Assembly (NCBI GenBank): GCA_900542235.1
Contig: UQNB01000001.1
Location: 3,838 to 67,837 of the forward strand
Direction of reading: 5' to 3'
Origin: an uncultured Collinsella sp.
GTDB taxonomy: Bacteria > Actinomycetota > Coriobacteriia > Coriobacteriales > Coriobacteriaceae
Length of the DNA: 64,000 bases
Position numbers and translations under genes: made by a program. Of this stretch, positions 9,811-19,489 are shown piece after piece. How positions within the stretch are numbered: position 1 is the stretch's first letter; every line of letters begins with the position of its first letter. Under the pieces are notes generated by a model. That model saw nothing but the letters and a program-made list of their open reading frames with translations. It made no database searches and was not told the DNA's origin.

Positions 9811-10624
9811 CTGGCTTACGGTCGAGCAGCGTTACGAGCCCGCGGGGGCTCGACATCGTGTGATGCAAAAGAATGTCCTACACCTGGCGAGCCTGCTTGA
9901 GCGGGTTCGCCTGGGTGGAGGCGCACACGAGGGCGGGTCGATGGTCGACCGCGCCCTTTCTTGCGTTTCGGCGCCGGTGCGCCTGGTGGGGATGTTCGTC
10001 TGCGTTCTGTGCGTGTACCTGACACAGAGCCCGCTGTACCTCATGTTGATGGCGGCTATCGCGCTGGTGCTCGTTGCCGTGCGCCCCGTACGCGGGCTGC
10101 GGGCAACCTTTGTGCCGGCACTTGGCGCTGCGGGGCTCGCGGTGGTTTTGGCACTACCTGCCCTGCTGCTGGGCGCGTCTGCCACGGGCGCCATGCTCAA
10201 GATTGCGCTCAAGACGTTCATTAATGTGTCGCTGGTGCTGGGCGTTTCATGGACGCTTACCTGGAGCCGCATGTCGGCGGCGCTCAAAATGTTGCACCTG
10301 CCCGACGAGGTCATCTTTACGTTTGATATGGCGCTCAAGCATATCGAGGTGCTGGGACGCACGGCGCACGATCTGTGCGAATCGGTCATGCTGCGCAGCG
10401 TGGGTCGTGCGCCTGCGGGTTTTTCGCGCACCGACTCGCTGGCGGGTATCATGGGCATGACGTTTATCAAGGCGATGGAATGCAGCCACGCGATGGACGA
10501 GGCTATGCTTTGCCGCGGCTTTGCCGGTGCGTATCCGGCGCCCGCGCGCGCCGGGTTTGGCTGGCGCGATGCGGTCTATGCGGCCGGCGTGGCACTGCTG
10601 GCAGTGTTGTGCGCCGTGCTGTAG
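9782..10624 (+). CDS. cbiQ: ECF transporter transmembrane (T) component CbiQ
   Basis: Polytopic membrane protein adjacent to cbiM, with a CbiQ-like conserved C-terminal region. Start uncertain (overlaps cbiM by 29 nt). Confidence 0.7.
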   Translation: MLMAIAELPSWLTVEQRYEPAGARHRVMQKNVLHLASLLERVRLGGGAHEGGSMVDRALSCVSAPVRLVGMFVCVLCVYLTQSPLYLMLMAAIALVLVAVRPVRGLRATFVPALGAAGLAVVLALPALLLGASATGAMLKIALKTFINVSLVLGVSWTLTWSRMSAALKMLHLPDEVIFTFDMALKHIEVLGRTAHDLCESVMLRSVGRAPAGFSRTDSLAGIMGMTFIKAMECSHAMDEAMLCRGFAGAYPAPARAGFGWRDAVYAAGVALLAVLCAVL

Positions 10625-10646
10625 GCGCTGCTGGTTCTTGCTGGGG

Positions 10647-11438
10647 ATGCAAATAGGGAAGGGCGACGTTTTGACGATCGATATGAATAGTGCGGCGGGC
10701 ACGAACGGTGCGGGCAGCGAGGCCGCGCCGCTCATCGAGCTGCGCAACGTGGTGTTCTCATATACGGGGCATACGGTGGTCGACGTCGTTTCGCTGCAGG
10801 TCGATCGTGGTGAACTCGTTGCCCTGCTTGGTCCTAACGGTTGTGGCAAGACGACGATCATGCGCCTTATTAACGGCCTTGAGCTCACGGACGCGGGTGC
10901 GTACCTGTTCGATGGGCGCGTGGTCGATGCGACATATCTCAAGGATTCCGCAGCCGCTCAGCGTTTTCATCAGCGCGTGGGCTTTGTGTTCCAGAATGCC
11001 GACGCCCAGCTGTTCTGTGCCACGGTGGGCGAGGAAGTTGCTTTTGGTCCCGCGCAGATGGGGCTGCCGACAGACGAGCTCGAGCGCCGCGTCCGCGATG
11101 CCATGGAGCTGTTCCAGGTTGCCGATCTGGTCGATGCCTCGCCCTATCAGCTTTCGGGCGGGCAAAAGAAGCGCGTTGCGCTGGCGGCAGTCGTATCGAT
11201 GAACCCCGATATCCTAGTGCTCGATGAGCCCACCAACGGGCTCGATGAGGATTCGTGCGACATCGTAGTCAACTTTTTGCTGGCCTACGTTGCTGCCGGT
11301 AAGACGGTTTTGATGAGTACGCACCATCAAGATTTGGTGCGCCGCTTGGGGGCCCGTGCCATCTATATCGATCGATATCACCATGTGGTCGAGGCGCCTT
11401 CGCCGTCGTATGGAACCGAGAGCGGTGCTGCGGAATAG
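10647..11438 (+). CDS. cbiO: ECF transporter ATPase component CbiO
   Basis: Walker A GPNGCGKTT, ABC signature LSGGQKKRV and Walker B ILVLDEP. Alternative starts are TTG 10671 (after AGGGAAGGG) or ATG 10683. Confidence 0.85.
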   Translation: MQIGKGDVLTIDMNSAAGTNGAGSEAAPLIELRNVVFSYTGHTVVDVVSLQVDRGELVALLGPNGCGKTTIMRLINGLELTDAGAYLFDGRVVDATYLKDSAAAQRFHQRVGFVFQNADAQLFCATVGEEVAFGPAQMGLPTDELERRVRDAMELFQVADLVDASPYQLSGGQKKRVALAAVVSMNPDILVLDEPTNGLDEDSCDIVVNFLLAYVAAGKTVLMSTHHQDLVRRLGARAIYIDRYHHVVEAPSPSYGTESGAAE

Positions 11439-11506
11439 TTGCTGCGTAGAGGATGCGTAGCCGCCCGCGCGGCTTTGCCGTGATGGTATAGTTATCCAGG
11501 TTTTTT

Positions 11507-12367
11507 ATGGGGGTGGCTATGCCAAGCTGGAACATTCATATCGCTCAAACGGAGCGCTTGCTGACACGTGCTAGCGTGCTTGCCGATAGCGTGCGCGACC
11601 GCAATGCCTTTTTGTTTGGCTGCGTGGTTCCGGACATCTTTGTGGGCTACATGGTTCCCGGCATTGCCGATCCCATCCCGTACCGCATCACGCACTTTGC
11701 TAAGCCCGAGCCTATCCCCAAACCACGCGAGCACGAGTTCTGGGATACCTATGTGACGCCGCTGCTTAAAAGTTCGCCCACCGGTGCGCCAGCCGCGGCG
11801 ACCTCGATTATCGAGGAGCGCGAGCGACTGAACCGCGTGCACTATCCCCAACGCTACAAGGATGCCGAGCCGGTTGCCGGTCCCGGCGCCTGTGAGTTCT
11901 CGCTTGCGTCCGAAGATGTGGCGCAGTCGCTGCTCGATTTAACGCTGGGCGTCTGGTCGCATCTGGTGGCCGATACCGTATGGAATACGCGCGTGAATCA
12001 GTATCTGGAGGCGCACGGCGGCAAGCCGTGCGAGGAATTCCGCATTAAAAAGCAGGGCGATTTTGACTGGTTTGGTAAGACGCTCGGCATTGTTTCCATC
12101 CCGCGTGCGACCGATCGTCTGTATACCGCTGCGGCACGTTTTGGGCAGTATCCCATCCATAAGGAGTATGTGCTCAAGACCATCGGCGTTATGCACGAGA
12201 TTGTGCGCGAAAACCCCGGTGAGCCCGATCATCCGCCATACCGCCTGCTAACTGAGGAGTTTTTCGATGCAACGTTTACCGAGGTCATCGAGCTGACCGA
12301 GGCGGGATTTGCGGCTCGCGTTGCTGCTTCTGACGTTCCCGCAGTCCCCCTGATCGCTAGCTGCTAG
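11507..12367 (+). CDS. hypothetical protein (possible zinc-dependent phospholipase C / P1-nuclease-like fold)
   Basis: 286 aa. N-terminal W..H.I pattern and a WSHLVAD motif weakly recall Zn-dependent PLC proteins. Functional assignment is speculative. Confidence 0.55.
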   Translation: MGVAMPSWNIHIAQTERLLTRASVLADSVRDRNAFLFGCVVPDIFVGYMVPGIADPIPYRITHFAKPEPIPKPREHEFWDTYVTPLLKSSPTGAPAAATSIIEERERLNRVHYPQRYKDAEPVAGPGACEFSLASEDVAQSLLDLTLGVWSHLVADTVWNTRVNQYLEAHGGKPCEEFRIKKQGDFDWFGKTLGIVSIPRATDRLYTAAARFGQYPIHKEYVLKTIGVMHEIVRENPGEPDHPPYRLLTEEFFDATFTEVIELTEAGFAARVAASDVPAVPLIASC

Positions 12368-12503
12368 CCGGCCGGCTTAACGGTGAACAGTTCATTCCAA
12401 TTGACCAACGGCTCCCGTCGCAGGGCGTCTTCGGTGGTGCGCTCGGCATCGGAGAGGCTTGCGACTGAACACAAATCGATGATGCGGCATACGAAGAAGG
12501 TCT

Positions 12504-12541
12504 AAAAAGGGCCCGGAAGGCAAAGCCTTCCGGGCCCTTTT
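12504..12541. terminator. bidirectional rho-independent terminator
   Basis: gggcccggaagg-caaa-gccttccgggccc 12-bp stem flanked by A5/T4 runs, between convergent genes. Confidence 0.8.
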
Positions 12542-12569
12542 GCAATGCAAGCGTGCTTGCAAGTGCGAT

Positions 12570-14030
12570 TTAGCGCACCTGAGCGACGTAAGCGACGTTG
12601 GTCGAGGAGACCTTGTCCTCGAGCTGAACACTCATGCGGGGATCGCCGGCGGTAGCGACGGTCAGATCGCCGGCCTCGACGTAGCCGAGCTCCTTAGCGG
12701 TCTCGATCGCCTTGACGATCGTGCCGTTGACGGTGCCCTGGGTAATCTCGGCCTGGTGCGGGATAACGCCCCAGTACATGATCATCTGCTGGACGGCCCA
12801 CTCGTGGCGGGAGAACGCGCAGATCGGCATGTTGGGACGGAAGTGCGAGATCAGGCGTGCGGTACGACCGGTGGTCGTCGGCACGGTGATGCACTTGGCG
12901 CCAACGGTGGTGGCCATGTTCACAGCGGACATACCCACAACGTTGTTGACGACGCGGGTGCCGTGAGCGTCGGCCGGAACCTCGAGCGGAGCGTGGGCCG
13001 GGAGGTACTTCTCGGTCTCGAGAGCAATGCTGGCCTGCATCTTAACGGCCTCGACCGGGTACTTACCGGCAGCGGACTCGCCAGAGAGCATAACGGCGTC
13101 GGTGCCGTCGTAGATGGCGTTAGCAACGTCGGCAACCTCGGCGCGCGTCGGGCGCGGGTTCTGCTGCATGGAGTCGAGCATCTGCGTAGCGGTGATAACG
13201 GGCTTGTAGGCCGCGTTGCACTTGGCGATGATCTCCTTCTGGATGTGCGGAACGAGCTCGGGCTTGATCTCGATACCCAGGTCGCCACGGGCGACCATGA
13301 TGCCGTCGGAAGCCTCGAGGATCTCGTCGAAGTTCTCGACGCCCAGGGCGCACTCGATCTTCGGGAAGATCGTCACGTGCTCGCCACCGTTCTCGCGGCA
13401 AAGCTTGCGGATGCCGCGGACGGACTCGCCGTCACGGATGAAGGAAGCGGCGATGTAGTCGATGTTCTCGGTCAGGCCAAAGAGGATGTCCTGACGATCG
13501 CGCTCGGTGATGGCGGGCAGCGAGATGTTGACGTTGGGCATGTTGACGCCCTTGCGCTCGCCGATCAGGCCGTCGTTCTTAACGACGCAGGTCATGTCCT
13601 GGCCGCTGACGGACTCGACCTCGAGGGCAACCAGGCCGTCATCGATCAGGATGAGGGAGCCCTTCTCGACCTCGGAAGGCAGAGCCAGGTAGTCGAGGGA
13701 GATGTGCTCAGCGGTGCCGTGGAAATCCTCGGACGTGGGCTGAGCGGTGACGACGATCTTATCGCCGGTCTTGACGGCAACCTTCTTGCCGTCGACCAGA
13801 AGGCCGGTGCGGACCTCGGGGCCCTTGGTGTCGAGCAGGATGCCGACAGGCAGACCGAGCTCCTTGGAAATACGGCGGACGCGCTCGATGCGACCGTGGT
13901 GCTCGTCGTAGGAGCCGTGCGAGAAGTTAAAACGGGCGACGTTCATGCCCGCCTTGATCATCTCGCGGATGGTCTCGTCGCTATCGCAGGCGGGACCCAT
14001 GGTGCATACAATCTTAGTGCGCTTGTACAT
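12570..14030 (-). CDS. pyk: pyruvate kinase
   Basis: 486 aa with MYKRTKIVCTMGPA N-terminus and K+/Mg-binding motifs. RBS GGAGG 6 nt upstream. Confidence 0.93.
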   Translation of the reverse strand: MYKRTKIVCTMGPACDSDETIREMIKAGMNVARFNFSHGSYDEHHGRIERVRRISKELGLPVGILLDTKGPEVRTGLLVDGKKVAVKTGDKIVVTAQPTSEDFHGTAEHISLDYLALPSEVEKGSLILIDDGLVALEVESVSGQDMTCVVKNDGLIGERKGVNMPNVNISLPAITERDRQDILFGLTENIDYIAASFIRDGESVRGIRKLCRENGGEHVTIFPKIECALGVENFDEILEASDGIMVARGDLGIEIKPELVPHIQKEIIAKCNAAYKPVITATQMLDSMQQNPRPTRAEVADVANAIYDGTDAVMLSGESAAGKYPVEAVKMQASIALETEKYLPAHAPLEVPADAHGTRVVNNVVGMSAVNMATTVGAKCITVPTTTGRTARLISHFRPNMPICAFSRHEWAVQQMIMYWGVIPHQAEITQGTVNGTIVKAIETAKELGYVEAGDLTVATAGDPRMSVQLEDKVSSTNVAYVAQVR

Positions 14031-14472
14031 TCAGACCTCCATCTGACATCGTCTTGCGCTGATAGATAAACCATAAGAAATAAAACCGAGATGATTATAA
14101 CGAAATGCCGACCGAATACCCCAAAAAATCGACCGTATGCCGAAATGGAAGTTCATTTTTTGCGGGAAAAACGGTATATGAAAAATCTTTACCAACCACT
14201 CCAACCGCTGCTATCTGGGAGATATGTCAGTTTGGCGATGTGCCGAAGAAAAAACGTTTTACCAATGTTGAGCATCACACGGTCTGCACCGTTGCGTGCG
14301 GACCATATTTCCAAACCGATTGTTTTGGCTAGACGCGTCGCTTTGGGGTACCATAGCTCCACTATCAACTGCCGCTCAGCACGGCAGCCTTGATGAGCCC
14401 TTGCCCTTCTCCTGGGAATTATGATCGGGCATCAATCTGCTGAGTGGCCCGAATCCCAGGAGGGGACTCTAT

Positions 14473-17154
14473 ATGCAAAAGGAATACCTGTCCGCCGCGG
14501 CGGAGGTGCTCAGCGACCAAGGTGTCGATGAGAACCTCGGCCTGAGCAACGACGAGGCGTCTTCGCGCCTCGCCAAGACAGGCCCTAACAAGCTCGAGGA
14601 AGCCGAGAAGACACCGCTGTGGAAGCGTTTCTTTGAGCAGATGGCCGACCCCATGGTCATCATGCTGATCGTTGCCGCCGTCATCAGTGCGCTCACGGGC
14701 ATGGTCAAGGGCGAGCCCGACTTTGCCGATGTTGCCATCATCATGTTCGTCGTTATCGTCAACTCGGTGCTGGGCGTGGTCCAGGAAGCCAAGAGCGAGG
14801 AGGCCCTCGAGGCCCTGCAGGAGATGAGTGCGGCGCAGTCCAAGGTGCTGCGCGACGGCAAGCTCGTGCACCTGCCGAGCGCCGAGCTCGTGCCCGGCGA
14901 CGTGATCATGCTCGAGGCGGGCGACTCCGTCCCGGCCGACTGCCGCGTGCTCGAGAGCGCCACGATGAAGATCGAAGAGGCCGCGCTCACCGGCGAGTCC
15001 GTGCCCGTAGAGAAGCACGCCAACGTGATCGAGCTCGCTGCGGGCACCGATGACGTGCCGCTCGGCGACCGTAAGAACATGTGCTATATGGGCTCCACCG
15101 TCGTGTACGGCCGTGGTCGCGCCGTCGTGGTCGGCACCGGCATGAACACCGAGATGGGCAAGATCGCCGGCGCCCTGGCCGAGGCCAAGGAAGAGCTCAC
15201 GCCGTTGCAAGTGAAGCTCGCCGAGCTCAGCCGCATCCTTACCATTATGGTTATCGTCATCTGCGTCGTCATCTTTGGCGTTGATATCATCCGCCACGGC
15301 GTGGGCAACGTTCTTACCGACCCGACCGCCCTGCTCGATACCTTTATGGTCGCCGTCTCGCTCGCCGTCGCTGCCATCCCCGAGGGCCTGGTCGCCGTCG
15401 TGACCATCGTGCTATCGCTTGGCGTGACCAAGATGGCTAAGCGCCAGGCAATCATCCGCAAGCTCTCTGCCGTCGAGACTCTCGGCTGCACGCAGACCAT
15501 CTGCTCCGACAAGACCGGTACCCTTACCCAAAACAAGATGACCGTCGTCAAGCACGAGCTCGCTGCGCCCAAGGAGAAGTTCCTGGCCGGCATGGCGCTG
15601 TGCTCCGATGCTCAGTGGGACGAGGAGCTGGGCGAGGCCGTGGGCGAGCCGACTGAGTGCGCGCTCGTCAACGACGCCGGCAAGGCGGGCCTCACTGGCC
15701 TGACTGCCGAGCATCCGCGCGTGGGCGAGGCCCCGTTTGACTCGGGCCGCAAGATGATGTCCGTGGTCGTCGAGACCCTGGATGGCGAGTACGAGCAGTA
15801 CACCAAGGGTGCGCCCGACGTGGTGATCGGCCTGTGCACCCATATCTACGAGGGCGATAAGGTCGTCCCCCTGACCGAGGAGCGCCGCGCCGAGCTCGTG
15901 GCGGCCAACAAGGCCATGGCCGACGAGGCCCTGCGCGTACTGGCGCTGGCAAGCCGCACCTACACCGAGGTTCCCGACGACTGCAGCCCCGCTGCGCTCG
16001 AGCATGACCTGGTCTTCTGTGGCCTGTCCGGCATGATCGACCCGGTCCGTCCCGAGGTGGCCGACGCTATCCACGAGGCGCACGACGCCGGTATCCGCAC
16101 CGTCATGATCACGGGCGACCACATCGACACCGCCGTGGCCATCGCCAAGCAGCTGGGCATCGTCGCCGATCGCAGCCAGGCCATCACCGGTGCCGACCTC
16201 GATCGCATGAGCGACGAGGAACTCGACGCGCACATCGAGGACTACGGCGTGTACGCCCGCGTCCAGCCCGAGCACAAGACACGCATCGTCGAGGCTTGGA
16301 AGTCGCGCGACCAGATCGTGGCCATGACGGGCGATGGCGTCAACGACGCCCCGTCCATCAAGCGCGCCGACATTGGCGTTGGTATGGGCATCACCGGTAC
16401 CGACGTCACCAAGAACGTCGCCGACATGGTACTTGCCGATGACAACTTCGCTACCATCATCGGCGCCTGCGAAGAGGGTCGTCGCATCTACGACAACATC
16501 CGCAAGGTCATCCAGTTCCTGCTTTCGGCCAACCTTGCCGAGGTGTTCTCGGTGTTTATCGCCACGCTCATCGGCTTTACCATCTTCCAGCCGGTGCAGC
16601 TGCTGTGGGTGAACCTGGTCACCGACTGCTTCCCCGCGCTTGCGCTGGGCATGGAGGATGCCGAGGGCGACATCATGAAGCGCAAGCCGCGCAACGCCAA
16701 GGACGGTGTCTTTGCCGGACATATGGGTCTGGACTGCGTGGTCCAGGGCCTAATCATCACCGCGCTGGTGCTGGCGAGCTTCTTTGTGGGCGTGTACTTT
16801 GACATGGGCTACATCCACATCGCCGATATGATCGCCGGCAATGCCGACGAGGAAGGCGTGATGATGGCGTTCATCACGCTCAACATGGTCGAGATTTTCC
16901 ACTGCTTCAATATGCGCAGCCGTCGTGCGTCGCTGTTCACCATGAAGAAGCAGAACAAGTGGCTGTGGGCTTCCGCCGCGCTGGCACTGGTGCTGACGGT
17001 GATCGTGACCGTGCAGCCGACGCTTGCCGAGATGTTCTTTGGCCCCGTGACGCTTGAGCTCAAGGGCGTTGTCGCTGCCCTGGGCCTGGCCTTCCTGATC
17101 ATCCCGCTGATGGAGATCTACAAGGCGATCATGCGCGCGGTCGAGAAGGAGTAA
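14473..17154 (+). CDS. cation-transporting P-type ATPase (P2-type, Ca2+/SERCA-like)
   Basis: 893 aa with DKTGTLT phosphorylation site and TGDGVNDAPS hinge, plus a 10-TM layout. RBS AGGAGGGG. Confidence 0.9.
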   Translation: MQKEYLSAAAEVLSDQGVDENLGLSNDEASSRLAKTGPNKLEEAEKTPLWKRFFEQMADPMVIMLIVAAVISALTGMVKGEPDFADVAIIMFVVIVNSVLGVVQEAKSEEALEALQEMSAAQSKVLRDGKLVHLPSAELVPGDVIMLEAGDSVPADCRVLESATMKIEEAALTGESVPVEKHANVIELAAGTDDVPLGDRKNMCYMGSTVVYGRGRAVVVGTGMNTEMGKIAGALAEAKEELTPLQVKLAELSRILTIMVIVICVVIFGVDIIRHGVGNVLTDPTALLDTFMVAVSLAVAAIPEGLVAVVTIVLSLGVTKMAKRQAIIRKLSAVETLGCTQTICSDKTGTLTQNKMTVVKHELAAPKEKFLAGMALCSDAQWDEELGEAVGEPTECALVNDAGKAGLTGLTAEHPRVGEAPFDSGRKMMSVVVETLDGEYEQYTKGAPDVVIGLCTHIYEGDKVVPLTEERRAELVAANKAMADEALRVLALASRTYTEVPDDCSPAALEHDLVFCGLSGMIDPVRPEVADAIHEAHDAGIRTVMITGDHIDTAVAIAKQLGIVADRSQAITGADLDRMSDEELDAHIEDYGVYARVQPEHKTRIVEAWKSRDQIVAMTGDGVNDAPSIKRADIGVGMGITGTDVTKNVADMVLADDNFATIIGACEEGRRIYDNIRKVIQFLLSANLAEVFSVFIATLIGFTIFQPVQLLWVNLVTDCFPALALGMEDAEGDIMKRKPRNAKDGVFAGHMGLDCVVQGLIITALVLASFFVGVYFDMGYIHIADMIAGNADEEGVMMAFITLNMVEIFHCFNMRSRRASLFTMKKQNKWLWASAALALVLTVIVTVQPTLAEMFFGPVTLELKGVVAALGLAFLIIPLMEIYKAIMRAVEKE

Positions 17155-17392
17155 GTCGAAAGGCCATCCTTCCCACCGGCCCGACCGCCTGCGGGGTTTC
17201 TTCCTCGCTGGTCCTCGCGCTTCGCGCTGCGGGATCGCTCGGAAGAAACCCCTCCCGGCGGGCGGGCCTTCGGATAACCTCTCGGGACCATTGGCTGAGG
17301 GAAAGTTTGTGAGCTGGTCGGGCTTTGCCCGGCCAGCTCTTTTTGATTTAAAATACCTGCTCAGTTGTGATTTTTGGTGCTGGGAGGCGTTT

Positions 17393-18577
17393 GTGGCTAA
17401 GGCTAAGGCTAAGGCGAAGAAAAAGACGACGGGGGCGCGGGCTAAGCGTGATCGTCGTCGGAAGCTCGCGACCGAACCCCCTGCATCTGCTGAGGAGTTG
17501 CTGGCGAGTGTACCGGGGCTTGACGCGCTGCAGGATGTTCCGGCGTTTGATGACCTGCCGGTCGATGAAGCCCAGCAGGCTGCCTTTGATGATTTCTGCG
17601 CGCATGCCGAGGAGCCCGAGCAGATGCAGCTTGGCGCCGTGGTGCGCTTGGATCGTGGGTTTCCGCTGGTGGCGACTGCCGACGATACCTTCCGCGCCGA
17701 GCATGCCGTGGGATTTGCCAAGTCGCGCGGTGGGGACGAGGTCCTGCTGCCTGCCGTGGGCGATCGTGTGGCGGTGCGCCGCGCTCCCGGGCACGATATG
17801 GGCGTGATTGAATGCGTACTGCCGCGCCGTACGAGCTTTGAGCGTTGGCGCGGCCGTGCCCGCGGAGAGCGCCAGGTGCTCTGCTCCAACGTGGATAGCG
17901 TGCTAATCGTGCAGGCGCTCGGTGCCGGCGAGGTGCTGCTCGACCGTGTGGCGCGCTCGCTGGTGTTGGCGCTCGACTGCGATGCCGAGCCGGTGGTGGT
18001 GCTCACCAAGGCTGACCGCTGCGATGCCGGGGAGCTCGAGCGCGATCTGGACCGCGTGCGCCGCCTGGTGGGTCCGAACGTGCGCGTGATCGTGACGTCC
18101 TCTGCCGAGGGCCGCGGCCTGGACGAGGTCCGTGCCTGCGTGCCTGCCGGGAGCTGCGCCATGATTCTGGGCGAGTCGGGTGCCGGCAAGTCGACGCTGC
18201 TCAATGCACTGCTGGGCCACGATACGTTGGCGACCGGCGGTGTGCGCGAACGCGACGACCAGGGCCGTCACACTACCGTCGCGCGCGTGATGGTGGCGCT
18301 GCCGGGCGACGCCGGCGTGATCGCCGATGCCCCGGGTCTGCGCAGTTTGCCGCTCGTGGGTCACGAGCGGGGTCTGGCGCGCGCCTTCCCCGAGATTGTC
18401 GAGGCATCGCGCGCGTGCCGGTTTGGCGATTGCACGCACACCCATGAGCCGGGTTGCGCCGTTCGCGAGGCCGAGGACGCCGGGCAGATTGACAGCCTGC
18501 GTCTGGAAACGTTCCAAAACCTGGCGTCATCCATGCGCGTGAGTGCTCAAATGCTCGATCCCGATGTCCATCTGTAA
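17393..18577 (+). CDS. rsgA: ribosome small-subunit biogenesis GTPase RsgA
   Basis: GESGAGKSTLLNAL P-loop and C-terminal Zn-finger CRFGDC.H..EPGC, with a circularly permuted GTPase order. GTG start after GGGAGG is preferred; ATG 17291 is possible. Lys/Ala-rich N-terminal tail. Confidence 0.8.
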   Translation: MAKAKAKAKKKTTGARAKRDRRRKLATEPPASAEELLASVPGLDALQDVPAFDDLPVDEAQQAAFDDFCAHAEEPEQMQLGAVVRLDRGFPLVATADDTFRAEHAVGFAKSRGGDEVLLPAVGDRVAVRRAPGHDMGVIECVLPRRTSFERWRGRARGERQVLCSNVDSVLIVQALGAGEVLLDRVARSLVLALDCDAEPVVVLTKADRCDAGELERDLDRVRRLVGPNVRVIVTSSAEGRGLDEVRACVPAGSCAMILGESGAGKSTLLNALLGHDTLATGGVRERDDQGRHTTVARVMVALPGDAGVIADAPGLRSLPLVGHERGLARAFPEIVEASRACRFGDCTHTHEPGCAVREAEDAGQIDSLRLETFQNLASSMRVSAQMLDPDVHL

Positions 18578-18594
18578 TTGATTTTTCCTATGAC

Positions 18595-18631
18595 AGCCGT
18601 CTCCCAACTGTTCGGGAGACGGCTTTTTTGC
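18595..18631 (+). terminator. rho-independent terminator after rsgA
   Basis: gccgtctccc-aactgttc-gggagacggc followed by TTTTTT. Confidence 0.85.
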
Positions 18632-18829
18632 TGTGGAAAAGCCTCGAAACATGCAGTTTGCTGACGTGCTGACCAAAACCTTGCCACGAGCTTGACGGGC
18701 TGGTCAGTTTTTGGTCAACGATTGGTTTGACATCGAAAACCAAGATCGCGATTGTGCCGCTTTGCACTCTGACCGCCCAGACAATGGTGGTACGGGCATT
18801 CGCCCGGCACTGCCATGAGAGGAGCGGCC

Positions 18830-19489
18830 GTGAACAAGAGCAAGCGCATCGCCATCAGTCTGGTCGCGGGCGTGCTCGCTGCTCTGCTTTGCATGGTTTA
18901 CGGCTCGTCGATCCGCTCGCAAGCCGAACAGGTCCAGGCTGAGACCTTGGCCAAGTACGGTGGCGATCGCGTCGAGGTATGCGTCGCGGCGCGCGATATC
19001 GATGTGGGCGAGACCCTCGATGAGACCAATGTCATAACCCAGGAATGGCTGACGAGTCTGCTGCCGCGTGACGCGGCGACCGAGCTGCGCCAGGTGCGCG
19101 GCGACGCGACGACTTCGCGTATTCCCAAAAACGCCGTGATCTGCAATGTCTACACCAAGGCCGAGAGCCGCAAGCTCGAGGTGCCTAAGGGCAAGGTTGC
19201 CGTTTCGGTGGCGGTCGATGCCGAGCACTCGGTCGGCGGTGCCACGGGCGTGGGCAGCTACGTGGACGTGTACGTGCAAAAGGACGGCGTGACCGATCGG
19301 CTGTGCGGCGCGCACGTGATCGATACCAGTGAGGATTCCTGTGCCACGCGCGAGGGCAAGATCGAATGGGTGACGTTGGCGGCTGACCCCGAAGACGTCA
19401 AGGAACTGCTGGGAGCCTCGGGCAAGGGAACGGTCAGCTTGACGATTCCCGCCACGGCGCGCGGCAAAAAGAGCGGAGGCGACGAGTGA
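18830..19489 (+). CDS. cpaB: Flp pilus assembly protein CpaB/RcpC (SAF domain)
   Basis: N-terminal TM followed by a SAF/CpaB domain. First gene of the tad locus. GTG start after AGGAGC; ATG 18815 is the alternative. Confidence 0.8.
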   Translation: MNKSKRIAISLVAGVLAALLCMVYGSSIRSQAEQVQAETLAKYGGDRVEVCVAARDIDVGETLDETNVITQEWLTSLLPRDAATELRQVRGDATTSRIPKNAVICNVYTKAESRKLEVPKGKVAVSVAVDAEHSVGGATGVGSYVDVYVQKDGVTDRLCGAHVIDTSEDSCATREGKIEWVTLAADPEDVKELLGASGKGTVSLTIPATARGKKSGGDE

